NCBI RefSeq assembly: GCF_036321535.1 | Contig: NC_087436.1 | Span: 29,576,001-29,640,000 of the forward strand | DNA from: Camelus dromedarius | Taxonomy: Eukaryota | DNA length: 64,000 nt | Direction of reading: 5' to 3' | In this document: piece after piece, positions 24,761-37,280 of the stretch | Position numbering within the stretch: position 1 is the stretch's first letter | Layout: every line of letters starts with the position of its first letter | Notes under the pieces: generated by a model | Databases searched by the model: none | What the model was told of the DNA's origin: nothing | Seen by the model: only the letters and a program-made list of their open reading frames with translations | Position numbers and translations under genes: made by a program

Positions 24761-26132
24761 CTTTAAAACTCTAGGGGTTTTGGGGGAGGTTTACTAAGGT
24801 TATTTTTCTACTTCTTGACATTTTCACATGAGACTTTTCTCTTTACTAATAATTATGGAACATAAACATCTAACTCTCTTCCAAGTCTCTGCCCAGCCCT
24901 CCTGCCCCAAACACACAAAGTGCACACATATCCACACACCCCTAGATTCACTTCTCCCACCCCCAGATCCAATCGAGCTATAGATTTAATTTTTAAAACA
25001 TCACTAAGCACTATGTGCATCATTATAAGGATGTACATATTTACAACTAATTTACTTAATGTTCTATGTTTGTTACAAAGCCTTTCTTATATAACTTTTG
25101 TTTTCTCTTGAATTACTGGTGCACTGTTTTTTTACATTTGCTGATTTAAAAATCCTTCTTTCACTTTTTAATGTAATTTTTGTGTGATTTTATTATAATG
25201 AAATGTACTATAATGAATATTATATTTGATATAATGAAATGTAGTCCTAGGAATTATTATTTAAATAATATCACAACAATTTGGATCCCATTTTTCAGAG
25301 ACGTTATTTGCTCACAATTTAGTGTATATTCTTATAGAATTGTTCTCATGCACATATGCATATATGTGAAATGCGTATTTCTTGTATATCAAAATCCGAT
25401 AATACTAATTAATATGTAAACAGAAGTAACACAGCATAATGATTGCAGGTATAATTCTGGAGGCAGAATACTTAGTTTTAAATTATAGTCCCGCTTTCTT
25501 CACATATTAAATAATGTAATAATAACTACCTTATAGCTTTGAAATATATATTTGTTAATTTATATATACATTATATAAGTTTTTGCTAATCTATTATCCT
25601 TTGTGCTTACTTTGGTAGTATCATGGACAACTTTTTGTGTCAAAATATATAAATGTACCTAAAAGTAAATAATATGACTGCGTCATCTTGCAAACCCCCC
25701 AAATCAAATAACATTCACATAAAAATTGTCAGGAAATTATATAAAATCAAAGAAATGCCACCTTTGAGATACTTCGGTTTTCTCTGTGAAAGGCACATAA
25801 TCCATTGTTGAAGAAGCACTCTCTTTTCTGATAATGAGTCAACAAAGTTACTGATGGATTGTGCTACATGGGTAACAAAGAGCATTTGTGAGGCAAATGT
25901 TACAAGTTCAAGTTTCACATTATTAATTATTATCATTCATATTAAGGCATATGGGGCCATATCACAGTATAAGTTAATCTCCACTAAAATAAAATAATAC
26001 GGATTTGGAGAACTGAGGTAGATATTTAAGATAAACATTGCCTCTCTAAGACACCTGACTCAAGCCCCATTGCATCTGATGCATTGTAGAGCCAGGGATG
26101 TGACAGTTTGCACCACAACCTAAATTTGTTAT

Positions 26133-26837
26133 GAAACAGAACCAACACTTTCTGAGAAAGAGAGAGAAAGAGTGAAAGAGAGATTTATAAGATTTTTTTT
26201 TTACTGCAGCACTTCATTTTCCTCACATAATGACATGATTCTCACATGACAGTAGAAAACTAAAATTTGTTGTCATCTCTTAAAGAACTTGGAATTGTGT
26301 ACAAATTACATAAATTTAAAAATAAATAAATTTACAGGTGTAAATGCCAACCCTCTTCCAATTCAAGGCAAGTAACAACAACTTCTGGTTAGAAAAGATC
26401 AGGTAACATGTTATCTTATATAGAAATTATAAAGAATTGGCTCACATGATTTTGAAGGCTGGGAAATCCCACAATCTGCCATCTGCAAGGCAGAGACCCA
26501 GGAAAGCCAGCGGTGTTGTTCCAGCCCAAGTCTGAAGGCCTAAGAACCAGGAACACTAATGCTGCAATTCCCAGTTCAAGGGCAACACAAGAGTAATTTT
26601 ATAGCTCAAGCAGTCAAAGAGTGGAGTCTCCCTCCATGTGCCTTTTTATTATAATCAGACTCTCAATGGATTGGAAGATGCCCACCTATTTTGGGAAGGG
26701 CATCTGCTTTATTCAGTCTACCAATTCAAATAATCTCACTCGGAAACACCCTCACACACACCCAAGAAATAATGTTTGACTAAATGTCTGAGCACCCCAT
26801 GACCCAAGCATGTTGACACATGTACTTATCAATTACA
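26133..26837 (-). mobile_element. MLT2 (C/D-like) LTR inserted in ERV-L pol, split by a retro-fragment
   Basis: gaaacagaaccaac..gagagatttataag / gaattggctcacatgatt..gaaatcccacaatctgccatctgcaag..gaaacaccctcac..gttgacaca. Confidence 0.85.
26193..26406 (-). pseudogene. ACTG1: 5'-truncated processed pseudogene fragment (terminal 3'UTR of gamma-actin)
   Basis: Minus strand ...tgttacttgccttgaattggaag..gcatttacacctgtaaat..aagagatgacaacaaatttt.gttttctactgtcatgtgagaa..gtcattatgtgaggaaaa..aagtgctgcagt plus A10 matches the ACTG1 mRNA 3' end as I recall it; imperfect TSD agatttataaga / agaaattataaaga. Confidence 0.85.
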
Positions 26838-28969
26838 GTAGCCTTCTAAGAGAGTACAAGCTGTCTTCAAAGTCCAAAGAGATGCACCGTAACCTCTGCT
26901 TTATTCATAGAGGTAGAAGATGCCATGTTCCGCACCTTCTCCTTTACCTTAATACGACTTCTTGTCATGGTCCAAATCACTGAACTCTTGAAAATCCCCA
27001 TGTGAGAAAGCCGAATCTTTGAAAGGTTTCTTTCTCTTCCTAGCATGCATGTTTCTCATTAGGGCATCGAGTGTACTTTTTACTTCCTGTTCTTTAGGTA
27101 CAATTAGCATGATGTCAGGCATGAATACAGTGGACCAGTGTGAGTTATGTGGAATGTCAAAATGATCAAGGTCCTTTTGAACTCTCTTGTGACAGAGCAA
27201 GACAGTTAACATAATTCTGGTGCAAAATATATGTAAATTGCTGTTCTTATGTGCATAAGAACGGATTTTTATCTTCTTTACTAATGGAGATTGAAACTAA
27301 TGCACTATCTAGATCAATAACCTATAAAAATTTCCAAAAGCTGTATTTTCCCCCAGTACAGATACTGTAAAAGCTGTGATGGGGGACTACTGCTTGGTTG
27401 AGTTATAATTGGGACCACTATTTGGTTAAGTTTTCTGGCATCGTTTGCCACTTTGGGCTGGGGTGGAAATTGGAAATTAATGTGGATGGGACGAGAATCA
27501 CTATTCATATATTCTTAATTTTTCAAAGGTGGAGAGTTTGGGGGGTTTAGTTTCCAACTACACCCTTTCTTTCACTAATGACCCTTAAATTAAAGGCCAG
27601 TGGACCCAAGTGAGAGCTCTGTCAATTATTAAACGTATCTCCCATAAGTTGTGACTTTAGAATAAGGGGAATGAAAGAGAGTGAGAGCTTGTCGTCATCT
27701 TATTTACTGAAACGCTGAGATTCACATGCTAAGACTACATTTATCTTTTAGTTTCCACCTACTTCCTGCCAGCAAAGTCCATTACTTATCCGCAGGCATC
27801 AGTGTCACCTCGGGGCTTTTGCCCTACAAACTTTTGCCTGTAGGTGTAAGTGTTTCTCCTCCCTGCCTCCAACCATGTAAATTACTCTGATAAATGAGAA
27901 TAAACCATTTTGGAAAAATTGGGGAGATATTTATTGTCCTTATGTGTAGTGATGTTTCAGGGTCATTTTCAAAGAAACCTTGCCTCCATTCCAGTCTATG
28001 GACTCTGGGCTTAAGAACTGCTCAGAGCTAGAAACTGGGTGAGGAAGCATGATTTTCCATTTTGACAGTTGACATGATTTTCACCAGGTTTTGACTTGAT
28101 CCTCCTGTTCTAAAATTTAAGGAACAATCAGGTCACCTGTTACTTTTCTTACTCTTGGGACACTGTGGCCCATCACCACATATCCCCTAGACATAAGGAC
28201 CCTGGCTGCCACTTAGCTCTTGTGGTTCAATAAAATAATTATTTCTGCCTTGTATGTGATGTTTAATTGTCATTATCTGGCCTTTGTTATTCAAGAATCT
28301 TCTCATTCCCATTAACAAAAAAACCCAGTTTCATGGCTGTCAACGTGAATGTTGACTTAGCTATTCAACTTAGCTACTCAAAGATGTTGGTACACCCACA
28401 CTAGTGTATTCTTTTTTGCAATAATAAAGTGAAAGTCTCCTTAGCCCTTTGAGGGGAATATTATCCATTTGTATATGCCCTGGTTTTATGTAATAAAGTT
28501 TTTTTTGACCACACCACATCCCTGTGCATCCTGATATCTCTCTCACACTCTACAGGACAGTCTGGGTTTGGGCATCTCTACTTCATAATTTTTGGCCATT
28601 GACATACAAAACTTCAAAGAATCGTCCCACCAGCGTATTATGACCATCTAATGCTATTCTTGCCAAGATCTTAAATCCCATGCTACGCTGCTATTTCAAC
28701 AAGCTTTTCTTTATCCTGCCTTGTATTCTACTTCCTGGCCCAATACCCTCAAGATTCACTCCCATATGTGTTATTACTCAGGTACTACAATTAATGTAAT
28801 TGGTAAGTTCTTTCTTCCTAGAGCAATAACTGTATTACCCAACTCAGAATATTCTGTGACCTCACCTTTGTTAGTGATAGGGAGGCAATTAGGGGAAGAC
28901 GAGGATAATCATCAACACATTGTAAAGTAGTGCCCACATAGATGAGGTTTTTAATTTGTTTGTTTGGTT

Positions 28970-29208
28970 TTTCCTTTCCTCCCTCCCTTGTTTCCTCCCT
29001 TCCTCCTTTCCTCTCTTCCTTCTTTCCTCTTTCCTTCCTTCCTTCTTTCCTTTCCTTTTCTTTTCTTCCTTCCTTCCTTTCTCTCTCTCTCTTCCTTCCT
29101 TCCTCATTTTCTTCCTTTCTTTCTCTTTCTTTCTTCCTTTCTTCCTTCCCTCCTTCCTTCCTTCCTTCCTTCCTTCCTTCCTTTCTTTCTTTCTTTCTTT
29201 CTTTCTTC

Positions 29209-29295
<87 letters not shown>

Positions 29296-29378
29296 TCCTT
29301 CCTTCCTTCCTTCCTTCCTTCCTTCCTTCTTTCCTTCCTTCCTTCCTTCCTTTCTTTTCTTTCTTTCTTTCCTTCCTT
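28970..29378. repeat. Long compound (TTTC)n/(TTCC)n polypyrimidine microsatellite
   Basis: About 400 bp of nearly pure C/T; source of the five spurious low-complexity ORFs. Confidence 0.98.
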
Positions 29379-29705
29379 AATATCCAAAGACATCTCTCCC
29401 CTATGGAGACAGGCTGCATATGCTGGCCCAGAGAGAGGTTTTAGGACAATCTGGTGTTTAAGGTTCTCATATGCATCTATTCAAATGTCCTCATCTTGGG
29501 TCTCAGAGACTCACTCATTACCAATCAGGGCACTGACTTTGACACAAAAAGCAGCCATATATCACTTCTGCTTTCATGAAATGCCCAGAGTCAAGAGTTA
29601 GCTAACCTAAAGCTGTTATTTTCTTTTTCCAGGCTTAAAAAGCATTTTAAAAAATGCCACTGACTCTATAATCCTTATGATCATTATTTCTCCCAAATGT
29701 TAGAG

Positions 29706-29883
29706 CAATGATTCTCAAACATTAGTTGAGCATCAGTGTCCTCTGGAGAACTTATCAAAATACAAGTTGCTAGTCCCTAAAACTCCAAATTTCTTATTCA
29801 GTAGGTCTGGAATGGATCTAAGGAATATCATTTTGAACAAATTTCCAAGTTCAGGCTTGGTCCACACCTCAAGAAATACAGTG
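29706..29883. mobile_element. MER5A MITE inside ERV-L
   Basis: caatgattctcaaac..gcatcag..ctggaga..attcagtaggtctgg..aacaaatttcca. Confidence 0.75.
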
Positions 29884-30313
29884 ATACAACTTCTACATAG
29901 CCCAGGGTTTTCCCTTTTGCTTGTACTTAGTTCTAACTCACCACAGGTGAAGTCCTTAGTTGCTGAGATGCTACAATATCATTCAATTGACATGGCACCC
30001 TTTCTTGCTATCCAGCCATGGATAGATTCTCTTCCAGACTTTCATCCCAGAAATCTGCTTCCTGCAACCATTCCTGATAACAATTCTCTTAAGTTTGAAT
30101 TTCCTCGAAAGCAGAACTTACAATAAAGTGCTAGTTACAGATTGTTTGAGAGGCGGTCACAGAGATAAAGGTTAGAAAGTCAGGAGAGAGATTCAGGGAA
30201 GGAGAAAAAGAAAACAATGACTTGTTATCTATAAAGAATAAGAAATGGCAAATATGTAATATAATATTAAGTTAATATGGCTAATTAGTCATATTGGTCA
30301 TATTAGTCATGGC

Positions 30314-30760
30314 TGTATTAGTCAGCGTTGTCCAGAGAAACAGAACCAACAGAATGGAAATATAGAGAGAGGGAGAAAAATATTTATTACAAGGAAGTGG
30401 TTCATGCAATTATGGTGGCTGAAAAATCCCAAGATCCACAATCAGCAAGCTAGAGACCCAGGCTTCAACATAAAGGCTGGTAACCTTGAGACTCGGGAAG
30501 AACCAGTCTTTCAGTTTGAGTCCAAGAGAAAGAAAGAAACCGTAGCTCAGCTTGAAGGCCATCAGCAGCAGGAAATTCCCTCCCATTCCTGAGAAAGTTT
30601 GCCTTTTTGTTCTATTCAAGCTTTCAGCTGATTGAATTAGGGAGGGGCAATCCACTTTACTCAGTCTACTGATTCAAATGTTAGTCTCATCGAGAAACAC
30701 CTTCATAGACTTACCTAGAATAACATGTGGGCAAATGCCTGGGCACTCTGTAGCTCACTG
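30314..30760 (-). mobile_element. MLT2 (C/D-like) solo LTR
   Basis: tgtattagtcag..tccagagaaacagaaccaac..caagctagagacccagg..ttctattcaagctttcagctgattg..gaaacacc. Confidence 0.85.
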
Positions 30761-31299
30761 AATTAATTATATTAATGATTTTGAACCATGTTGGCCCACT
30801 GCTTGATTCTGACATATTGTTTTAGAACATACTGTTGAAAGTAATTACATAATTAGCTGAGGAATGTTGCATTTGCATTCAAATATAGGTATAATTTAAC
30901 AATAATCTCCTTTGTATTTTCTTTATCCACTATTGATAGCAAGATTTCACTAACCATATAGAATTGATTATTTTTCCTCTTTTTATCTTGTTTCTTGAAA
31001 AATGTCCATAATATAAGGGTTAAATCCTTTTAGATATTTATCAGAACTCACCTTAATACAAGGTAAATAAGATATCTCTTTATTGGTAAGTGCTGTTTAG
31101 AATTTTAATGTATTGAATGTTTATTGAGCCAGTTAAGTTTCATATTTTATCTTCTCTTGAAGTTTTTCATCTCTGTTCCATAAATTTTACATGTAATATT
31201 TCGATCATGGTCCACATATTTCTCTTATGAACCCCTGTTATTGTTTGCATGTTTTCATTAGTAAACATATAAGTTTTAGAAGTCTTTTAAAAAAAACAT

Positions 31300-31560
31300 A
31301 GGAAGAAAATAAATCTATTAATATTTAATCACTTAAAGAACCACTGGGATAGCTGTGTAACCAGGTTGGTGATTATGGGCACACTGACCTCAGAACTGGT
31401 CCTCTGACGGTGCTGACAGTACCACTGCAGAGCCTGGGATACCACACACGGTGCCACCACCACCACCTGCAGAGTACAAAGAAGCTGCTTATGACACTGC
31501 TGTTCTTGAGACAAGAATACAGATGCGGCTGTCGGTGCCACTAGCTCTTCTACAAGGAAT
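31300..31560 (-). mobile_element. LTR33/LTR41-like ERV-L LTR fragment
   Basis: GC-richer patch with gaccagttctgaggt and cagctatcccagtggttctttaag on the minus strand, resembling the LTR33/41 3' half. Confidence 0.4.
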
Positions 31561-31944
31561 TTTCTGTCCCTTCTTTTCTTAATTTTTATATTTTTATTAT
31601 AAAATATCTGACACCTATAGGAAAGAATATGTAACGGGTATGAAAGGTAAGGGGCAAAGAACCCAGTGAACATCCATGCACCTTATGTCTAACTTCAATA
31701 AAACACCAATTCAACTGATGTTCTATCATTTGTTGATTTTTATCATTTGAATAATATAGGATATTTTCAATCTGGCATTGTATCAACACTGTAAATAAAT
31801 TATGACCCATAAAATTTTTTAAATCCATCAAATTTATTGCCACATTTACAAAGCTCAAAAACATACAGGAAAAATAAATACATATGTATGTACATTTTTT
31901 TAGACATGCATATATATTTCATAAAATATAAAGGGAAGCTACCT

Positions 31945-32700
31945 AATATATCTATCAGCCACATACAGCTCTTGAGCACTTGGCATATGTGAAGTTTGAA
32001 CTGTGATGCGCTTTAAGTATAAAATAAACACCCATATCAAAGGTTTAGTTTCTGATATCGAAGGACTAGTGAAAAGTATATAGAGTGAAAACAGTTGGAA
32101 TGGCAAGTGCAAAAAATATCTTAAAATCCTTAAACATTTGTATTTATTTTTAATATATATTTTGGCAAATACATTATCACAGAATTATACAATATTTTTA
32201 CAATGGTGTACATAATACATCAGAAAATCAACTTTAAACTCGCACAATCATAGCTATATATATATATTCACATTATGAAAAATAGCATTGTCAGAAACAA
32301 TTTCATGGGCAATATGCTTGCTTACTACAGAATATATTTTTGAAATCAAAAAATTAGATTTAAATAATATATTTTAAATGACAGAACTATTTTATTACAA
32401 AGATCATATGGGTAAAATACAAAATAGTACTAACCTTTTAGATGTTGAATTAATATGTGGAGTTTTGTTTGTATAGTTTTAAAATTTTTGTTAAGGAAAG
32501 ACGTACCAAATGCTTTATAATTACAGATGGATCACTGATTTATAAAATAAATGTAGAATATTTCATTAATATTGTAAAATGTTAAACTGATACTATATAT
32601 CAAAATAAATAAAATGTATTTTAAAATAATTTCATCCTTTTCTGGCTATCAGAAAATGTATATATTTGGCTATCACTATTGTTTATTGGACATCAGTATT
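31945..32700. mobile_element. MER33/MER3-like hAT element, split
   Basis: agccacatacagctcttgagcacttgg..gtataaaata; far end aaaataatttcatcct..tttattggaca. Confidence 0.6.
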
Positions 32701-32939
32701 ATAATAAAGTGCAAGGGGATGGTCATCACCAATTCAGGGCAGTTTACTCGAGGTAGGCACGAGGATATGATGGGATAGCAATGTGTAGTTTATTTGACTC
32801 AAGATGCATCAAAACCTTATCAATAGATTCTCATCAAATTTATTGAGAAATTCAAGGACCTTACTTAGGATTACAAAGACTGACAAGTGTTGTTCCTGGG
32901 ACACCTCTCCAAATGAATTCACTACGATCGTTCCTACAA

Positions 32940-33405
32940 TACTAGCCCTCTTACTTTACCTAGAATAAGGTAAGCATGTTCCCATGTAAGAACTTTTAAA
33001 TTTGTTCTTATCTTCATTTGAAAATTTTATCTCAAATAGTTTCATGTCTTCTGCATTTTATTTATATTTCTACTTTAACATCACCTTATTCATAATGTTT
33101 CCCTTCACCATCCTATTGAATATTATACTCTGTTCCATATTTTGCACCGCATAGCTTTTTCTACTATTTGATTTTTGTCCCACTATTCCTTTGTGTGTTA
33201 ATGTCAGCCTACCTCAGTACCACATAAACTTTGCAAGGACGGAACCTTCATTTCCTCTGTTCCCTGCTATAGCTCCAGCTCCTAGAAGCTCCTAGAAGAT
33301 GACTGGCATATATTTAGCAATCATTAAACACTGAACCTAATCCCTACCACCTAACTAAACCCTAGTAAAGAGAAGAAAGAGTGGTTAAATAACTGAATGA
33401 ATTAC
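32940..33405 (+). mobile_element. L2 3' end fragment
   Basis: ..cataaactttgcaaggacgg..tctgttccctgctatag..cctagaagatgactggcatat..gaatgaa. Confidence 0.65.
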
Positions 33406-36154
33406 ATTAATCAAAGCAGAGTGCAAAAATATCTGAGCATCAAAATCAAATTGTTACACAGAAAAAATATGTATTTACTTGCAAATCAAATTATATATGG
33501 AAAGATTTTCCACCAAATTGTTGCCAATATTTCTATCATAGTCCTGTAATTACAAGTAATTTTTACCTTGATTATGTATATATTCTATCTTTTCTGCAAT
33601 TAGTATATTCCATTAATTCAAAAAAGATACATGTAATATTTAAATTAATTGCTAATATCTAATTATTTTTATAATTAATTTGAAAGATAAATTAAGTACT
33701 ATGCTACACTTAACATATTTTTTAAACAAGACCACAGATATGAAACACTTTCTTATACATGACTATTTTAATGATTATGAAAATATTTATAAAACAAACC
33801 ATATTCAAATTCCATAAAATCACTGTACGTATTTGAGACAAATTGTAATAGAAGGTCTGTTACTTTAGAGTGTTAACATTTTAAAATCATTTTTGAGAAA
33901 TGGCTGTGATTCACTTCTATAAAAATCTTAGAATAAAGTTCTATATATTTTTTCTCTCTTTATCTTGTAGTGGTGGATGCTATATACTGAAGAGAATAAA
34001 AGTGTAGTGGATATTTTATCTTCAGTTTCAAAAAGATTTTAATAGTCAAATCAAGTTTATAATTAATCCATTACTATAAATCTAAATATTTTAATGGAAA
34101 GAATTGTACTTCCACTATAAATATATATTACTTGTCTGAGTGTAAATGTTCTTGATTTGTCTGGTTAGGCACACAACTTCCACACTTTAAAGAAAAAATA
34201 AGATTATTATAAAAGAGGTAATTATGCATACCATCACTACAGCTCACTTTTTAATGATAATAATATAAAGGTTGATTGGTGTGTTTTATACCTTTCTTCA
34301 TTTATTAGGATATGTAAAAAGAAACACCTCATTTACACAATTTTCAATTTATATAAAAATAGAGTATATTTAAGAATCTCTCAGTAGTGACATGCAAAGA
34401 TTATAACATTTTCTTATTATCTCCAATGCATGTTAAATTATTTTCAATAATTTAAAATTAGGCATTTTGATTAATTCCTCCTTTCCAGGAAACATATATC
34501 AGATTCCATTCTGTATTAAATTAAACTTTAGAGTTTAATTAACTCATTTTAAATGCACATAGCTTCTAGTAGGGTATAATGAAAGTTATGTACATATATA
34601 AGAAAGAGTAGATCCCTCTGGCCTTTGTAATTTGAGTAATTCAGTTGAGTAAGCACCACTTATTATTCATGACACAAATACTTGTATCTCTTCAACTTAG
34701 AAAATCAAACATAATTTTCATGCTAAATACTGTATGGCACCATACTTATTAAATCAAGTACTTTATTATAGATACCCCAAACGTTAGATTATTGAATTAT
34801 AAATATTCATCTCTAAGTGATTATTGAAAAATTAATAATGTTAATTTAAATTCCTGAACTGGCAATGTTCTGATGGGTGGCATGTTTCAATGAATAAAAA
34901 GTTTAGTAGCGATATACATGATTACTAATTGATTTTATATGAGTATAAAACTCATAGTTTTAACTTTATTCAGAGAGTAGAGAAATTTTAATAATATTTT
35001 GGAAATCGGATAATTGACTCTATTTTTTGAAACTCTACTCCTTTCAAGGTAGTGTAAAAAATACATAATCAGCATAAAGAACAATTTACCCTACTAAATT
35101 TATACTTTATTATGTCAGTAGGCAAAGTGTATATATGCCATTAGGGGAGCCCTAGAAGAGAAAATAAGGGTAAAAACATCATTAAAGGGATTTCAGAAGA
35201 CTTGGAGAATGCATTAGAAGTTCATTCAAGAATTACTTACTGAAGACCTATTAAGGGTTAAACAATGAAGAAAACAATACATAAAATAGACAGGATCTTG
35301 AACAAGGCAACAAAATAGATAAGATCTTCCCTCCTCATCCTTTGTTACATGGTCTGATCTGGAAATTGAGGGAAAAAATAAGTACAGTCATTTTGACTAT
35401 GATAATGCATACATTTTTAAAGAAGAGAGGGCTGTGGTTGTGATTTATGTAGGAAGAGAGATGAAGTCCCTTGGATCTAGGGACTTACGAGGCTTTGATA
35501 TATTCAATTATTTTTAAAATGGAAACGTAATGCCAAAGGACCAGGACAGTGAAAAGGGAGAGAAAGCTATTAGGATTAGAACTGTTTGTCGATTTGGCTT
35601 AACATGTTAAATTTTTAATTTATTAAGTACCTTTATCCTATCCCCATTCAGGGGCTCTACGTTGTTTGAGGATAGATTCTGTATCTTCTTCATTTCTGCA
35701 TAGCCATGAACCTGCACAGTAGCCACACCAAGAATGCCTTAAATACATATTTGTTGGGGGTAAAAAGAATTAGTGATTGTCTCCTTGTCTTTGGTGTAAG
35801 AAATTTTGTGGATTTAGATATGCTATTCTTGAAGAGGTTCTCATTGCTAATTAAATGTAATTCATATGGAGACTAGGTGCCTTGACAATGAATATTCTCT
35901 TAGCATTTATTCATTCTATGTGATAAACTATAGACTGTATCATATTTGTGCGCAGTTTGTATGTAAACACTCTACTTAGTAAGAATATATGTAAAGCTGA
36001 TAATAAGTATCCAGAAAAGTGTACTTCTCAGTAAACACTATTTAAGGTGATCCCTGAAACTGGTAACAGCCAATTATTATTCTGTCTGTGGCAATCAGGC
36101 CACCTTTAAAAATGCCTGGTTTTCTGAGTCACTTGTGAGGACATAGAGGGATGC

Positions 36155-36532
36155 TGTTATGGACAGCGTGTGAGTGTGTCTCCCCAAAATTCATATTTTA
36201 AAAACCTACTCCCCATTGTGACAGTATTGGGAGGTAGGGCATTTGGTAAGTAATCAGGATTGATGAGATCATGAGGGTGGAACCCTTATGAAAGGGATTA
36301 GGGCCCTTATGAGTCACAAGAGATCTTGCTTCCTCTCTCTCTGCTTTATATCATGTGAGGATAGAACAAGAAATGGCATCTATGAACCCAGAGGGTGGTT
36401 CTCACCAGATCCTGACCATGCTGGTACCCTGAAGTCAGACTTCTAGCCTCCAGAACTGTGAGAAATACATTTCTGCTGTTAATAAGCCACCCAGTTTAGA
36501 GGACTTTGTCATAGCATAGCATTTGAAAGACA
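36155..36532 (+). mobile_element. MLT1A-like MaLR solo LTR
   Basis: tgttatggac..ccccaaaattcatat..catgagggtgg..gacttctagcctccagaactgtgagaaatacatttctg..taagccacccagt..aagaca. Confidence 0.9.
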
Positions 36533-36663
36533 TGTGCGTAGTAACTGAAAGACAGATGCATTGCACACAAAAATATGTGCTCTCTTGATCTTTGCTAAAA
36601 GTCTCCAGAAGAGCAAAATTAACACAAAATAAAATTTCAATTACCTTTTCTATATTGTGAAAT

Positions 36664-37280
36664 TGAAGGAGTTACAAAATGGCTTCCCTGATGCTAAAAC
36701 AGTTTACAGAGTTTACTGTGGCTGATTAACTTATTTTCTTGGAGTTCTTTCTAACTGACTATCATGTTTTTTTCCTTGCCACTGCTGTTGTTTAATTGCT
36801 TAGATGATTATGTGCTTAGCAACTCCAACTATGATTTACGCCCTACTCTACATAACCTGTATCCAAAACCCTGAAGTTATTTTCCAGAAAGAAGGCCATG
36901 GAATGATAACCCTGAAGGAACGGCCAGATCGCCCAGAAGCCCAGAAGCCCAGAAGCCCCTGTGACATCAGAAGGATCAGACCAGATAACGCCAAGGCCTT
37001 GGGCAGGACCTACTTAATGGACCACGAGAAGTTCCCATGATGCACGATAAACTTTTGTAAAAGACTCTATTGTTCGTTATCACTGATATGCTCCCGTCCT
37101 GCTTGCCTATATAATCACCAAGCCCCAACCCCAAGATAGATTCAGTTTCCAAGGCATTAGTCTGCTATGACTCCCCTTTGCCAGGCAAAACAATAAAGCA
37201 GCTCTCTTCTTTGCTCCCTAAACTCTGCTTCCAAGTCTGAATTCACTGTATAGGGTGCAGAGGCTGAGTTTTCAGCAACA
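36664..37280 (+). mobile_element. Solo ERV1-class LTR, 617 bp
   Basis: TG...CA termini with exact 4-bp TSD AAAT (36660-36663 / 37281-37284); TATATAA at ~37107; AATAAA at ~37192; (gcccagaa)x3. Confidence 0.88.

Larger units (their letters stand above)
26050..30230 (-). mobile_element. ERV-L (LTR16C / ERV3-16A3-like) proviral remnant: LTR end, gag, pol
   Basis: LTR16C-like end at ~30085-30230 with adjacent PBS-like site; RT motifs in ORFs 27314-27508 (KLNQIVVPI) and 26949-27212 (LCHKRVQKDLDHF..DIMLI..EQEVKSTLDAL); pol resumes at 26050-26122 beyond the MLT2 insertion. Confidence 0.85.

Noticed and set aside
28818..29601. Five long ORFs (138-219 aa)
   Set aside because: Translations of the (TTTC)n/(TTCC)n microsatellite; low complexity.
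22249..30230. A single ERV-L provirus spanning 22.2-30.2 kb
   Set aside because: The RT segment occurs twice, the LTR subtypes differ, and unique DNA lies between.
31329..31673. 114-aa ORF in a GC-richer patch
   Set aside because: Better explained as an old LTR fragment joined to LINE-like AT-rich sequence.
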